Assembly (NCBI GenBank): GCA_965206325.1
Contig: OZ242208.1
Span: 678,326 to 742,325, forward strand
DNA: 64,000 nucleotides
Reading direction: 5' to 3'
From: Gammaproteobacteria bacterium
Lineage (GTDB): Bacteria > Pseudomonadota > Gammaproteobacteria > Tethybacterales > G965206325
Each line of letters starts with the position of its first letter. Within the stretch, counting starts at the first letter, position 1. This document shows, one piece after another, positions 1 to 9,866 of this stretch. The position numbers and the translations under genes are program-made. The notes below the pieces were generated by a model. That model saw nothing but the letters and a program-made list of their open reading frames with translations, did no database searches and was not told the origin of the DNA.

Positions 1-975
1 GCGGCGGGAAATTCGGTCGTGCTGAAAGCGTCGGAGGACGGTCCGTCGCCGCTGCTGGAATTCGCCCGTCTTGTGGATGCGGCGGGATTTCCGCCGGGCG
101 TTGTTAATATCGTCACCGGATTCGGCGAAGTTTGCGGAAAATCGCTGACATCGCATCCGAAAGTCGCCCGCATCGCGTTTACCGGCGGACCGGCGGCGGC
201 GCGCGAAATTGTTAAAAACAGCGCGAATAATTTAGCGGTCACTTCGCTGGAATTAGGCGGCAAATCGCCGATGGCGGTCTTTGACGACGCCGATTTGGAA
301 AATGCGACGAATGCGATTGTCGCCGGAATTTTCGCCGCCGCCGGACAGAGTTGCGTCGCTTGCTCCCGTCTTCTCGCGCATCGCAAAATTTACGGCGAAT
401 TGCTGGAGCGACTGCAGAATCGTCTGCGGCGAATTCGGCTCGGCGACCCGATGAAGATGGAAACGGAAATCGGCCCGCTGGCTACTCTGCGGCAGCGGAA
501 TCGGATTGAATCGTCGCTGGAAAAAACTGTCGCGATGGGCGGAAAAATTCTCGCGGGGGGGAGTCGCCCCGACGAATTCCCACAGGGATTTTATTTTTCG
601 CCGACCATCGTGGAAGCCCCCGCCGATTCGCCGATTTGCGCGGAAGAAATGTTTGGCCCGGTGCTGTCGGTTTTTTCCTTTGAGGACGAGGACGAAGCGG
701 CGGCTCTCGCCAACGGCTTGGAATATGGTCTCGCCGCCGGAATTTTCACGCGGGACATCGCGCGGGCGCATCGGGTCGGACGCCAATTGCGGGCGGGAAT
801 TATTTGGATTAATACTTATCGGGCGGTTTCGCCGATGGCGGCGATTGGCGGCTTCGGCCTGTCCGGATTCGCCCGCGAAGGCGGCGCCGAAGCAATGCTG
901 GATTACACCCGCGAAACGACCATCTGGATAAACACTTCGCCTTCCCCAATGCCCGACCCCTTCGTGATGCGGTAG
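1..975 (+). CDS. NAD(P)-dependent aldehyde dehydrogenase, C-terminal part (5' end outside window)
   Basis: Translation has the ALDH motifs ELGGKSP and the catalytic Cys region GQSCVACSRL. The ORF is open to the window start. Confidence 0.8.
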   Translation, partial: AAGNSVVLKASEDGPSPLLEFARLVDAAGFPPGVVNIVTGFGEVCGKSLTSHPKVARIAFTGGPAAAREIVKNSANNLAVTSLELGGKSPMAVFDDADLENATNAIVAGIFAAAGQSCVACSRLLAHRKIYGELLERLQNRLRRIRLGDPMKMETEIGPLATLRQRNRIESSLEKTVAMGGKILAGGSRPDEFPQGFYFSPTIVEAPADSPICAEEMFGPVLSVFSFEDEDEAAALANGLEYGLAAGIFTRDIARAHRVGRQLRAGIIWINTYRAVSPMAAIGGFGLSGFAREGGAEAMLDYTRETTIWINTSPSPMPDPFVMR

Positions 976-1121
976 GCGGCGGGAAATTTTCCGGCGGCAG
1001 TAGCGGACATTTCGGCATTATGATAGCGCGAAATTAACTGAAATAAATTTGCGAATTTTGTGATTCTTTTGCGCGATTGGGATGTATAATCCATTTGTCT
1101 TTTTTAGCAACGGAGGAAATC

Positions 1122-2234
1122 ATGAAGATTCCCAACAAAAAATCCGTCGCCGTTACGGCGGCGACTTTCCTTTTCGCCTCGGCCGCGTGGGCGGCTGATG
1201 TGGAACTCACTATCGTTTCGTGGGGCGGCGCCTACTCGACCAGCCAGCAGAACGCCTACCACGAGCCGTATATGCAGAAAACGGGGGCGAAAATCGTCAA
1301 CGACGATTCGTCCAACGAGGGCGTCGCCAAATTGCGGGCGATGCAGGAAGCCGGCAACACCACTTGGGATTTGGTGGATGTCGTCGCCGCCGATGCCATT
1401 CGCCTGTGCGACGAAGGACTCGCGCTGGAAATTGACCACGACAAAGTCCTCGCTCCCGCACCGGACGGCACACCCGCCAGCAAGGATATGGGCGATTTGA
1501 TTGTGAGCGAATGCTTCATTCCGCAAATCGTTTATTCCACGACTTTCGGCTATCGCACCGATGTCGCCGAATGGGGAGGACGCACGCCCAAAACCATCGC
1601 CGATGTTTTTGATCTGGAAAAATTTCCGGGCAAGCGGTCGCTGGAAAAGCGCGCCATCAACAATTTAGAATGGGCGTTGATTGCCGACGGAGTCCCCGCC
1701 GGCGAGGTCTACGATGTGCTGTCTACTAAGGAAGGCGTTGATCGCGCGTTCGCCAAATTGGACACCATCAGGGATCAGGTGATTTGGTGGTCGACAGGAG
1801 CCGACACGCCCCAGCGTCTGGCTGACGGCGAAGTCGTTATCGGCAGCACTTACAACGGTCGGCTTTTTTCCCTGATTGAGGAAACCAAGCAGCCGGTGGC
1901 AATACTGTGGGATTGGCAGGTTTTTGACTTGGACGGCTGGATCGTCCCCGCCGGACTTTCGCCGGAGCGTCAGCAGCTGGTGTTTGATTATCTGTATTTC
2001 GCCACCGATACCCAGCGTCTGGCGGATCAGGCGAAATGGATTTCCTACGGTCCGGCGCGCAAATCGTCGGCTCCGCTGGTCGGTAAGCACGCCGACTTGG
2101 GAATTGATATGGCGCCGCACATGCCGACCGATCCCAAAAACGCCAAGACGACTCTGCTCTACAACTATGAGTGGTGGGCGGATAATCGGGATGATATGGA
2201 CGAGCGATTCCAAACTTGGCTTGCTTCGCAGTAG
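1122..2234 (+). CDS. ABC transporter periplasmic substrate-binding protein (family 1, polyamine PotD/PotF-like)
   Basis: N-terminal signal peptide MKIPNKKSVAVTAATFLFASAAWA. It is followed by two permease genes. The start was chosen at the internal Met carrying the signal peptide. Confidence 0.7.
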   Translation: MKIPNKKSVAVTAATFLFASAAWAADVELTIVSWGGAYSTSQQNAYHEPYMQKTGAKIVNDDSSNEGVAKLRAMQEAGNTTWDLVDVVAADAIRLCDEGLALEIDHDKVLAPAPDGTPASKDMGDLIVSECFIPQIVYSTTFGYRTDVAEWGGRTPKTIADVFDLEKFPGKRSLEKRAINNLEWALIADGVPAGEVYDVLSTKEGVDRAFAKLDTIRDQVIWWSTGADTPQRLADGEVVIGSTYNGRLFSLIEETKQPVAILWDWQVFDLDGWIVPAGLSPERQQLVFDYLYFATDTQRLADQAKWISYGPARKSSAPLVGKHADLGIDMAPHMPTDPKNAKTTLLYNYEWWADNRDDMDERFQTWLASQ

Positions 2235-2312
2235 CCGGGAGAATTCGCACGGAATAAGGCGGCGGCGATTTGCGCCGTCGCCGCCTTGTTTTTTGATTGA
2301 CGAGGGAAAACA

Positions 2313-3572
2313 ATGAGCGTCGCCGTTACGACCGCCGACGGCAAGCCGCTTAAGGTTTCACTCGCTCGTGCGCAGCGGCGGCTGAAGATTCGGGCGTTGC
2401 TGCTGGTCGCGCCGCTGCTGATTTTTGTCTTCGTTTCTTTTTTATTTCCGATTGCGGGAATGCTGTGGCGCAGCGTGGATAACGATATCGTCGCCGAATT
2501 GCTGCCTAAGTCGTTGCCGCTGATTTTGCGGTGGGAAGATTCCGCCGATGCGCTTCCGCCGGAGGAAATTTTTGCGGCGATGGCGGCCGACATTCAAGCG
2601 GGGGCGAAAACTAAAACCATCAACCGACTCGGCCAGCGGCTTAATTACGAATCTTCGGGGATGTCGTCCTTATTTCGCAAATCCGCCCGGAATCTGCGAA
2701 AAGGCGAATTGCCGCCGCTCGGCGGCGCCCAAGACGCTCTTATTAAAATGGATAAAAAATGGGGCGAGGCGGAAACTTGGCGTCTTATTAAAATCTTCAG
2801 CGGCAAATACACCGCCGGATACTACGCCGCCGCCGTGGACTCGGAGATTAATTCGGACGGCGAAATTTCGTCCCTGCCGCCGGAAGAAAGCATTTACCTT
2901 AAACTTTTCTGGCGGACGCTTTTGCTTTCGGGGACGATTACGCTTTTGACTCTGCTGCTTGGCTTTCCCATTGCTTTTCTGCTGGCGTCTTTGCCGACGC
3001 GCATTTCTAATTTGCTTTTGATTCTGGTTCTTCTGCCGTTTTGGACTTCGCTTCTGGTGCGCACGACTTCTTGGATTGTCCTTCTGCAGCAGCAGGGGGT
3101 CATCAACGATTTTCTGGTTTTCATCGGACTTATCGGCGATGACGGAAGATTGGCGATGATTCACAACGCCACCGGCACAGTCATTGCGATGACTCATATT
3201 CTGCTGCCGTTTATGGTTCTGCCTTTGTATTCGGTGATGAAAACCATATCGCCGAGTTATGTCCGGGCCGCAAGGTCGCTGGGGGCGAATTCCATGACGG
3301 CATTCTGGCGGGTGTATTTTCCGGGGACGATTCCCGGAATCGGGGCGGGGGCGATCTTGGTTTTTATTTTGGCGATTGGCTACTACATTACGCCGGAATT
3401 AGTCGGCGGCACTTCGGGGACATTCATTTCCAACCGGATTGCATATCATGTATCGTCTTCTCTTAATTGGGGATTGGCGGCGTCGCTGGGGGTGATTCTG
3501 CTGCTTGTCGTCCTTTTGATGTATTATCTCTACGATAAAATCGTGGGGATTGACAATATGAAATTGGGCTGA
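2313..3572 (+). CDS. ABC transporter permease (PotB-like, long N-terminal extension)
   Basis: Multiple TM segments. EAA-loop-like motif ARSLGANSMTAFWRVYFPGTIPG typical of binding-protein-dependent permeases. Confidence 0.75.
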   Translation: MSVAVTTADGKPLKVSLARAQRRLKIRALLLVAPLLIFVFVSFLFPIAGMLWRSVDNDIVAELLPKSLPLILRWEDSADALPPEEIFAAMAADIQAGAKTKTINRLGQRLNYESSGMSSLFRKSARNLRKGELPPLGGAQDALIKMDKKWGEAETWRLIKIFSGKYTAGYYAAAVDSEINSDGEISSLPPEESIYLKLFWRTLLLSGTITLLTLLLGFPIAFLLASLPTRISNLLLILVLLPFWTSLLVRTTSWIVLLQQQGVINDFLVFIGLIGDDGRLAMIHNATGTVIAMTHILLPFMVLPLYSVMKTISPSYVRAARSLGANSMTAFWRVYFPGTIPGIGAGAILVFILAIGYYITPELVGGTSGTFISNRIAYHVSSSLNWGLAASLGVILLLVVLLMYYLYDKIVGIDNMKLG

Positions 3573-3574
3573 TA

Positions 3575-4423
3575 ATGCCGCCGCCGCACGCTTCCGCTTT
3601 GGAGAAAATCTGGCACTACGCCTTTCGCGTTTTGTGCGCGCTGATATTTTTCTTTTTGATTTTTCCGATTGCGGTGATTGTGCCGCTGTCGTTTAACGCG
3701 CTGCCGTATTTTACCTTTACGCCGGAGATGCTGTCGTTTGATCCGGCGGGCTACTCGCTGCAGTGGTATGAGGATTTCTTCACCAGTTTAAATTGGCGGG
3801 CGGCGGTGAAGAACAGTTTTATTATTGCGATATGCAGCACGCTGCTGGCGACGCTGCTCGGCACTTTGGCCGCTTTGGGCTTGTCGCGCTCTTACATTCC
3901 GTTTCGGGCGGCTTTGATGGCGGTATTAATTTCGCCGATGATTGTGCCGCTGATTATTTCGGCGGCGGCGATGTTTTTCTTTTATTCGTCCATTAATTTG
4001 CAGGGGACATATATCGGAGTCATACTCGCCCACGCCGCCTTGGCGACTCCGTTTGTGGTGATTACCGTCACCGCCACTTTGGTCGGATTTGATCATTCTT
4101 TAATTCGCGCCTCGGCCAGTTTGGGCGCGACTCCGACGACGACTTTCTTTAAGGTGATTGTGCCCTTGATTTTGCCGGGCGTGATTTCCGGCGCCTTGTT
4201 TGCGTTTATTACTTCGTTTGATGAAGTGGTGGTGGTTTTATTTGTCGGTTCATATAATCAGCATACAATTCCGTGGCAGATGTTTTCCGGCATTCGCGAG
4301 CGAATTAGCCCGACTATTTTAGCGGTGGCGACAATATTGGTTGCCATTTCCATTTTGCTTTTGCTGACGGTGGAGATACTTCGTCGTCGCGGCGAGCGTT
4401 TGCGCGGCATCTCGCCGAGTTAA
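3575..4423 (+). CDS. ABC transporter permease (PotC-like)
   Basis: Six predicted TM segments. Permease signature ASASLGATPTTTFFKVIVPLILPG. Start is 3 nt after the previous stop. Confidence 0.75.
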   Translation: MPPPHASALEKIWHYAFRVLCALIFFFLIFPIAVIVPLSFNALPYFTFTPEMLSFDPAGYSLQWYEDFFTSLNWRAAVKNSFIIAICSTLLATLLGTLAALGLSRSYIPFRAALMAVLISPMIVPLIISAAAMFFFYSSINLQGTYIGVILAHAALATPFVVITVTATLVGFDHSLIRASASLGATPTTTFFKVIVPLILPGVISGALFAFITSFDEVVVVLFVGSYNQHTIPWQMFSGIRERISPTILAVATILVAISILLLLTVEILRRRGERLRGISPS

Positions 4424-4478
4424 TCGCAAATTTCAGAATGAGCACTGAAGCAAAACAAAATCATGGACAAACCGGAGG

Positions 4479-4670
4479 ATGAGTGACGCTATGACCGAAG
4501 ACGGGCTGGATGATTGCCTTTGCCAGCATTGTGCAGGCGAGGGCTATAAAGATGACGGCAGTGAATGCAGTTCCTGCTGGGGCGATGGACTCGGTGCAGA
4601 AGGTCGGCAATTGCCGGTTTTTTATCTGGATGAAACCGGTAAATTAAGCCGCTATTACACTCGCCATTGA
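4479..4670 (+). CDS. small Cys-rich hypothetical protein (two CxxC pairs, zinc-ribbon-like)
   Basis: 63-aa ORF with CLCQHC...CSSC. No recognisable family. Confidence 0.3.
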   Translation: MSDAMTEDGLDDCLCQHCAGEGYKDDGSECSSCWGDGLGAEGRQLPVFYLDETGKLSRYYTRH

Positions 4671-4687
4671 CCGGGTGCTTTTTGAAG

Positions 4688-4762
4688 CGGCTCCCCGAGT
4701 AGGATTCGAACCTACGACCTAGCGATTAACAGTCGCGCGCTCTACCAGCTGAGCTATCGGGG
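4688..4762 (-). tRNA. tRNA-Asn (anticodon GTT)
   Basis: Reverse complement folds as a cloverleaf: acceptor TCCCCGA/TCGGGGA, D-arm GCTCAGCTGGTAGAGC, anticodon loop CTGTTAA (U33, GTT, A37), T-arm GGTTCGAATCC. The CCA tail is not fully encoded. Confidence 0.85.
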
Positions 4763-4799
4763 AACATAAACCGAACATTATATCAAACTCGCCGACGAT

Positions 4800-7520
4800 T
4801 TACAGCAGCAAGGGGTCTTCGCGGTCGGCGTTTATGTTGTATTTTTTAATCGCTTCGCGCGCGAACTTGGAATCCATCTCACCTTCTTCGGCAAGAATAG
4901 AAAGCGCGGCAAGAACAATCACTCCGCGATCCACTTCAAAATGACGGCGCAAATTCTCCCGCGTGTCCGAACGGCCAAAGCCGTCCGTGCCGAGCGTCGC
5001 ATAGCGTCCCGGCACAAAAGGGCGAATTTGCTCGGCGTAAAGTTTAATGTAGTCGGTCGCCGCAATTGCGGGACCTTTGGCTTTTGCCGATGCAAATTGC
5101 TGAGCGACAAAATTCATTCGCGGCTTTTCGCCCGGATGAAGCATATTGTATCTTGCGCATTCGCGTCCGTCGCGCGCGAGAAGATTAAAACTTGTCGCGC
5201 TCCAAACATCGGCGGCGACTCCGAAATCATTTTCCAGCAACTCGGCGGCGGCGAGCGATTCGCGCAGAATGGTTCCACCTCCTATTAATTGAGTCCGCGC
5301 CTTGGGCTTTTTTAATGGGCTGATTCGCACGCGATGAAGTCCGCGCAAAATGTTTTCTTCCGCGTTTTCGGGAAGGGGGGGGTGGCGGTAATTCTCGTTC
5401 ATCAAGGTGATGTAATAAAATGCATCTTCGCGCTCAACAAACATTCGCCGCATGCCGTCGTGGATAATCACGGCGAGTTCATAGGCGAAAGCCGGATCGT
5501 AAGATCGGCAATTGGGAATTAATGACGCTTGAATTTGGCTGTGTCCGTCTTCGTGCTGAAGGCCTTCGCCGTTTAATGTTGTGCGGCCGGCGGTCGCCCC
5601 GAGCAGAAATCCGCGCGCGCGAATGTCGCCCGCCGCCCATGCAAGGTCGCCGATTCTTTGGAATCCAAACATGGAGTAAAAAATAAAGAAGGGAATCATC
5701 GGCGTGCCGTAATGGCTGTATGCGGTGGCGGCGGCAATCCATGACGACATCGCGCCGGCTTCGTTAATGCCTTCCTGCAGAATCTGCCCGTTTTTTTCTT
5801 CGCGGTAATACATTAACTGGTCGGCGTCTTCGGGGCGATAACGCTGCCCTTTCACCGAATAAATCGCCAACTGCCGAAACAGCCCTTCCATTCCGAAGGT
5901 GCGCGATTCATCCGGCACAATCGGGACAACGCGGCCGCCGATTTTCTTGTCGCGCACAAGGGCGGTGAGGATTCGCACAAAGGCCATCGTCGTGGAAAAT
6001 TCCCGCTTGCCCGAATCTTTCAGCAAAGCGTCAAACGCCGACAGCGGCGGAATTTCCAAAGGCGAAGAATCGCGACGCCGAGTCGGCACCGACCCCCCCA
6101 TGGCTTTAATTCGCGCGCGCAGATAATTCATTTCGGGCGAATCATCGGGCGGGCGAAACAGCGGCACTTCATCAATTTTATCGTCGGGAATCGGCACGCC
6201 GAGCCGGTTGCGGACTCGCCGCAATGCTTCGTCGCTGATTTTTTTCTGCTGATGAACAATGTTGCGGGCTTCGCCGGCGTCGCCCATTCCATAGCCCTTA
6301 ATTGTTTTGGCAAGTATGACTGTGGGCTGACCGCGATGATGCGTCGCCGAATGATAAGCGGCGTAAACTTTATGCGGATCGTGTCCGCCGCGATTTAATC
6401 GCCAAATATCCTTGTCCGTCATGTGCGCGACCATCGCCCGCAATTCGGGATGAGCGCCGAAAAAATGCTCGCGAATATAGCCGCCGTCGCTGGCGCGATA
6501 AGTTTGATAATCGCCGTCGACCGCTTCTTCCATTCGCCGCATTAGAATTCCGTCTTTATCCTGCGCGAGAAGAGAATCCCAAAACGACCCCCATATCACT
6601 TTAATGACATTCCAGCCGGCACCGCGGAAAGCGGATTCTAATTCTTGGATGATTTTGCCGTTGCCTCTCACCGGCCCATCTAAACGCTGCAGATTGCAAT
6701 TGACGACAAAGATAAGATTGTCTAATTCTTCGCGGGCGGCGAGGGAAATCGCGCCCATGGATTCCGGTTCATCCATTTCGCCGTCGCCCATAAACGCCCA
6801 CACTTTGCGGTCGGAAGACGGCACAATTCCGCGGTTTTCCAAATACCGCATAAATCGCGCCTGATAAATTGCCTGAATGGGGCCGAGTCCCATGGATACC
6901 GTCGGAAATTGCCAGAAGTCCGGCATCAGCCACGGATGCGGATACGAGGGCAATCCGCCGCCGCCGGTTTCCTGACGGAAATTCAAAATCTGCTCTTCGG
7001 AAAGACGCCCCTCCAAAAAAGCGCGGGCGTAAATTCCGGGAGCGGAATGGCCTTGAAAATAAATAAGATCGCCGTAATTTTCCAATCCCTTTTCCGCGAG
7101 GGCGGGAATGGATGCGCGAAAAAAATGATTGAATCCCGCGTCGTAGAGAGTCGCCGCCGATGCAAAAGAAGCGATATGCCCGCCGAGGTCGCCCTCTTTG
7201 CGATTCGCCCGCACGACCATCGCCAGCGCATTCCATCGCACATATGAGCGAATGCGATGCTCCAATTCCTGATCGCCCGGCGAAGCCGTCTGATGCCCCG
7301 GCGGAATCGTATTAATGTAGGCGGTGTTGGCGGAATAAGGCAAATACGCCCCATTGCGCCGCGCCTGATCAATCAATTTTTCCAGCAGGAAATGCGCGCG
7401 CGCCGCTCCTTCGCGGGCGAGAACGCCTTCCAGCGCATCCAGCCATTCTTGCGTTTCTTGCGGGTCGGCGTCTTCGGCGGATGCCGACTCGCCGCTGGGT
7501 TTGATATCTTCTGCTTCCAT
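4800..7520 (-). CDS. aceE: pyruvate dehydrogenase E1 component, homodimeric type
   Basis: 906 aa with typical AceE regions (GHIASFASAATLYD, MGDGEMDEPESMGA and a transketolase-like C-terminal half). No aceF or lpdA is adjacent. Confidence 0.9.
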   Translation of the reverse strand: MEAEDIKPSGESASAEDADPQETQEWLDALEGVLAREGAARAHFLLEKLIDQARRNGAYLPYSANTAYINTIPPGHQTASPGDQELEHRIRSYVRWNALAMVVRANRKEGDLGGHIASFASAATLYDAGFNHFFRASIPALAEKGLENYGDLIYFQGHSAPGIYARAFLEGRLSEEQILNFRQETGGGGLPSYPHPWLMPDFWQFPTVSMGLGPIQAIYQARFMRYLENRGIVPSSDRKVWAFMGDGEMDEPESMGAISLAAREELDNLIFVVNCNLQRLDGPVRGNGKIIQELESAFRGAGWNVIKVIWGSFWDSLLAQDKDGILMRRMEEAVDGDYQTYRASDGGYIREHFFGAHPELRAMVAHMTDKDIWRLNRGGHDPHKVYAAYHSATHHRGQPTVILAKTIKGYGMGDAGEARNIVHQQKKISDEALRRVRNRLGVPIPDDKIDEVPLFRPPDDSPEMNYLRARIKAMGGSVPTRRRDSSPLEIPPLSAFDALLKDSGKREFSTTMAFVRILTALVRDKKIGGRVVPIVPDESRTFGMEGLFRQLAIYSVKGQRYRPEDADQLMYYREEKNGQILQEGINEAGAMSSWIAAATAYSHYGTPMIPFFIFYSMFGFQRIGDLAWAAGDIRARGFLLGATAGRTTLNGEGLQHEDGHSQIQASLIPNCRSYDPAFAYELAVIIHDGMRRMFVEREDAFYYITLMNENYRHPPLPENAEENILRGLHRVRISPLKKPKARTQLIGGGTILRESLAAAELLENDFGVAADVWSATSFNLLARDGRECARYNMLHPGEKPRMNFVAQQFASAKAKGPAIAATDYIKLYAEQIRPFVPGRYATLGTDGFGRSDTRENLRRHFEVDRGVIVLAALSILAEEGEMDSKFAREAIKKYNINADREDPLLL

Positions 7521-7585
7521 TTCTCCTCGCTTCCCGCCGATATTCTACTCCTTGCGGGGCGGAAATGCGAGTCAATCCGCGATTT

Positions 7586-8725
7586 TTAGCGCGCCGAATC
7601 GCCGTCGTTATTTTCCGGCGCAACGCCGAGAATTTTTTCAATCTTGGCGAGATGACGGCGGCTGGCGTCGTCGCAGCCCGCTTCCTCCGCAATGATATGC
7701 AGCCGACGGTAAAAATCCCTCCGTCCGGCAAGCGGGAGTCCGCGCAGATTTTTCAAGGCGGCTTGTTCTTTTTTTTCGGCGGCGGCGATGCCGTTTTCGC
7801 GGACGAATTTAATCGCCTTGTGCGCATCGCTTTCGCCGACCAGCCGGACTAAAGATTTCTGCTCCGATTTGGAAAGCACATTGTCGGATGCAAAAAGCAT
7901 AAGCAGGCACCATACTCGCGCCTGCGAAACGGCTTTTTCGGAATGTGCTCCAAAGCCGCCCTTTTCGGCGGCGGCGAAATCCCGGAGAATGCGATCGTCC
8001 AATTCCGCCGCCGACAGCGGGGCTTCTTTTTTTTCGCCCCGCCAGCGGTAAAACGGCTCGCTCATCGCAAACCAATGCAGCGCGCGGGCGCGCAGCGGTA
8101 GAATCGGATGCGTGCCGAAAACGGCGGATTCATCGCCCGCCGCCATCACTTCCTTCGCCTGCCGCAGATAAGATGCGGCATCAAGATTCAAATGACGGGA
8201 AGACAGACCGCTTGCAGTTTTTACAATCGCCGCAAAGGCGTCCTTTTCCAACGGCGCACAGACAAATCCCGCTCGGTCCGCGCTGATTTCCGCCGCCCGC
8301 TGCGAATGCAAAAGCGCCAGCGCGCCAAGCCCCCGCGCCGACCCGGCGGGCGGACGGCGGTGATGTCCGAAAAGATAATGGCCGATTTCGTGGCCGATGA
8401 CAAAGCGCAATTCATCCGCGCTCATCAAATCAACCAGACCGGAAGAAACGACGACGGCAAAGAGAACTTCGCCGCCCAGCGGAACGCACCACGCCTGCGG
8501 AATTGGGCCGCTTCTTGCATAGAATTCAATCGTGTGCGCGGCGCGCAGATTTTTCGCGACCGCCCGCATCGCCGAATGCAATTCGGGAAGCAGCGGCTCC
8601 GTTATGCGAACATCATGCGAAAGTAGGCGGATTCGCTCCCTGCGTCCGCGCGCGGAAAAAGATGCGCCGGAAGATTCAAATTCATCCGGCGAATCTTCGG
8701 CATAGCGCAGCGATTCAATTTCCAT
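7586..8725 (-). CDS. M48/HtpX-like Zn metallopeptidase domain protein with TerB-like C-terminal region
   Basis: HExxH motif (VIGHEIGHYLFGHH) and downstream HPILPLRARAL. The C-terminal helical region looks TerB-like. Last gene of the atypical Hsp70 operon. Confidence 0.55.
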   Translation of the reverse strand: MEIESLRYAEDSPDEFESSGASFSARGRRERIRLLSHDVRITEPLLPELHSAMRAVAKNLRAAHTIEFYARSGPIPQAWCVPLGGEVLFAVVVSSGLVDLMSADELRFVIGHEIGHYLFGHHRRPPAGSARGLGALALLHSQRAAEISADRAGFVCAPLEKDAFAAIVKTASGLSSRHLNLDAASYLRQAKEVMAAGDESAVFGTHPILPLRARALHWFAMSEPFYRWRGEKKEAPLSAAELDDRILRDFAAAEKGGFGAHSEKAVSQARVWCLLMLFASDNVLSKSEQKSLVRLVGESDAHKAIKFVRENGIAAAEKKEQAALKNLRGLPLAGRRDFYRRLHIIAEEAGCDDASRRHLAKIEKILGVAPENNDGDSAR

Positions 8726-9851
8726 CGCGGCAGTGTTTTTTGCGCGCTTCGGCGATTAAATTGCACATCAATTTCGCCCGCTCCCGCACTTTGGAATCGT
8801 GGTGAGTGACGCGGGAATTCCACTTTCCGTATTCGCGCAGAAGATGTTTTTTAATTTTTTCGGGGCTCATTCCCGGCGTAATCCCAATTTCGTCTTCCAA
8901 GTTAATTTCATCCTCGCTCGGCGGCGGCAAGTGACGGTCGGTTAGCGAGCGAAACCGATCTATGTCTATCCCCAATTCCGAGGCGATTATTTTGAGGATT
9001 CGCATTTCCGACTTGTGCGCTTCGTCGTCAATGCCCGCGACTTTCACGCACAACTCAAGAATGCCGAAGCAAGCGGACTCGCTTAAAACTTCGCGCGCGC
9101 GGCGGGCGAGTGCAGCGGCTTGCGAATCATCCGGCGGCGAAATTGCCGCATCCATAAAAATTTGCCAAAGTCGCTCGTAGGCGTCATCGCGTTCATCTTC
9201 ATTACTGGTCGCCGAAAATTTTCGAATCCAAGTGCGAATCAATCCGCGTTCATTCGGATGCACTTCGCCGTCGGCCCCGGCAATCGCCACCGCCAATTGA
9301 ACTTTCAGCCGCCCAAATTCCTGATGCTCCCCCAAATAACCCGGCTCTTTGCTTTCTACTAAAAAGGATTTGCATTTTGCGGAAGTGATGATCATTTCAC
9401 CGGTTGTCACTATCGCACGAAATTCGAGAGTCCGCCTGCCCGTGCGAGGAAAGCGCAAAGCGCGAATCGGAATCGGCGGAAGCCGTGCATCCTCCCTGAA
9501 AGAGACCGCGCGATGCAGGGAAATTTGCGGCGAAGTAGTGAACGAAAAAATCGGCGAATCCTCCGCCTGTAATTGCGCAATTTCACAAAGCACCGGCTCG
9601 CCGTCAGCGTCGTCAGTGATGTCCGAAAGGCGCAAATGTATGCGATGCGCACAGTGGTCATGAGGAAAAAACAGCGACCCCGCAATGCGGGGAACGAAGC
9701 AATCAAACTCCTTAAAGACCTCGCGCGAAACGCTGAGCGAAAACGGCTTAACCCCCGGCGCATCGCCGCCGTTTTGCCCGCCGCCGCCCGCCGACTTGTA
9801 AATCAGCCAGCTGACCCCCCAAACGATTAGAAAACCGATAAGCCATTCCAC
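8715..9851 (-). CDS. DjlA-like membrane co-chaperone candidate: N-terminal TM helix, two TerB-like repeats, degenerate C-terminal J-like domain
   Basis: N-terminal MEWLIGFLIVWGVSWLI is a TM segment. AIAGADGEVHPNERGLI and VKVAGIDDEAHKSEMRIL resemble DjlA/TerB repeats. The C-terminal GMSPEKIKKHLLREYGKWNSRVTHHD resembles a J domain with HPD replaced by HHD. Confidence 0.45.
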   Translation of the reverse strand: MEWLIGFLIVWGVSWLIYKSAGGGGQNGGDAPGVKPFSLSVSREVFKEFDCFVPRIAGSLFFPHDHCAHRIHLRLSDITDDADGEPVLCEIAQLQAEDSPIFSFTTSPQISLHRAVSFREDARLPPIPIRALRFPRTGRRTLEFRAIVTTGEMIITSAKCKSFLVESKEPGYLGEHQEFGRLKVQLAVAIAGADGEVHPNERGLIRTWIRKFSATSNEDERDDAYERLWQIFMDAAISPPDDSQAAALARRAREVLSESACFGILELCVKVAGIDDEAHKSEMRILKIIASELGIDIDRFRSLTDRHLPPPSEDEINLEDEIGITPGMSPEKIKKHLLREYGKWNSRVTHHDSKVRERAKLMCNLIAEARKKHCRDGN

Positions 9852-9866
9852 AGCGATTCTCCCGAT

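Noticed and set aside
253-1094. Numerous antisense or overlapping ORFs of 60-200 aa listed in the six-frame track throughout the window
   Set aside because: High GC suppresses stop codons. These ORFs overlap well-supported genes on the other strand or frame, have Arg/Ala/Pro-rich low-complexity translations, and show no family signatures.
4688-4762. tRNA-Asn as an integration site for a genomic island
   Set aside because: No integrase, direct-repeat copy of the tRNA 3' end, or foreign-GC block lies adjacent. The neighbours are core metabolic genes.
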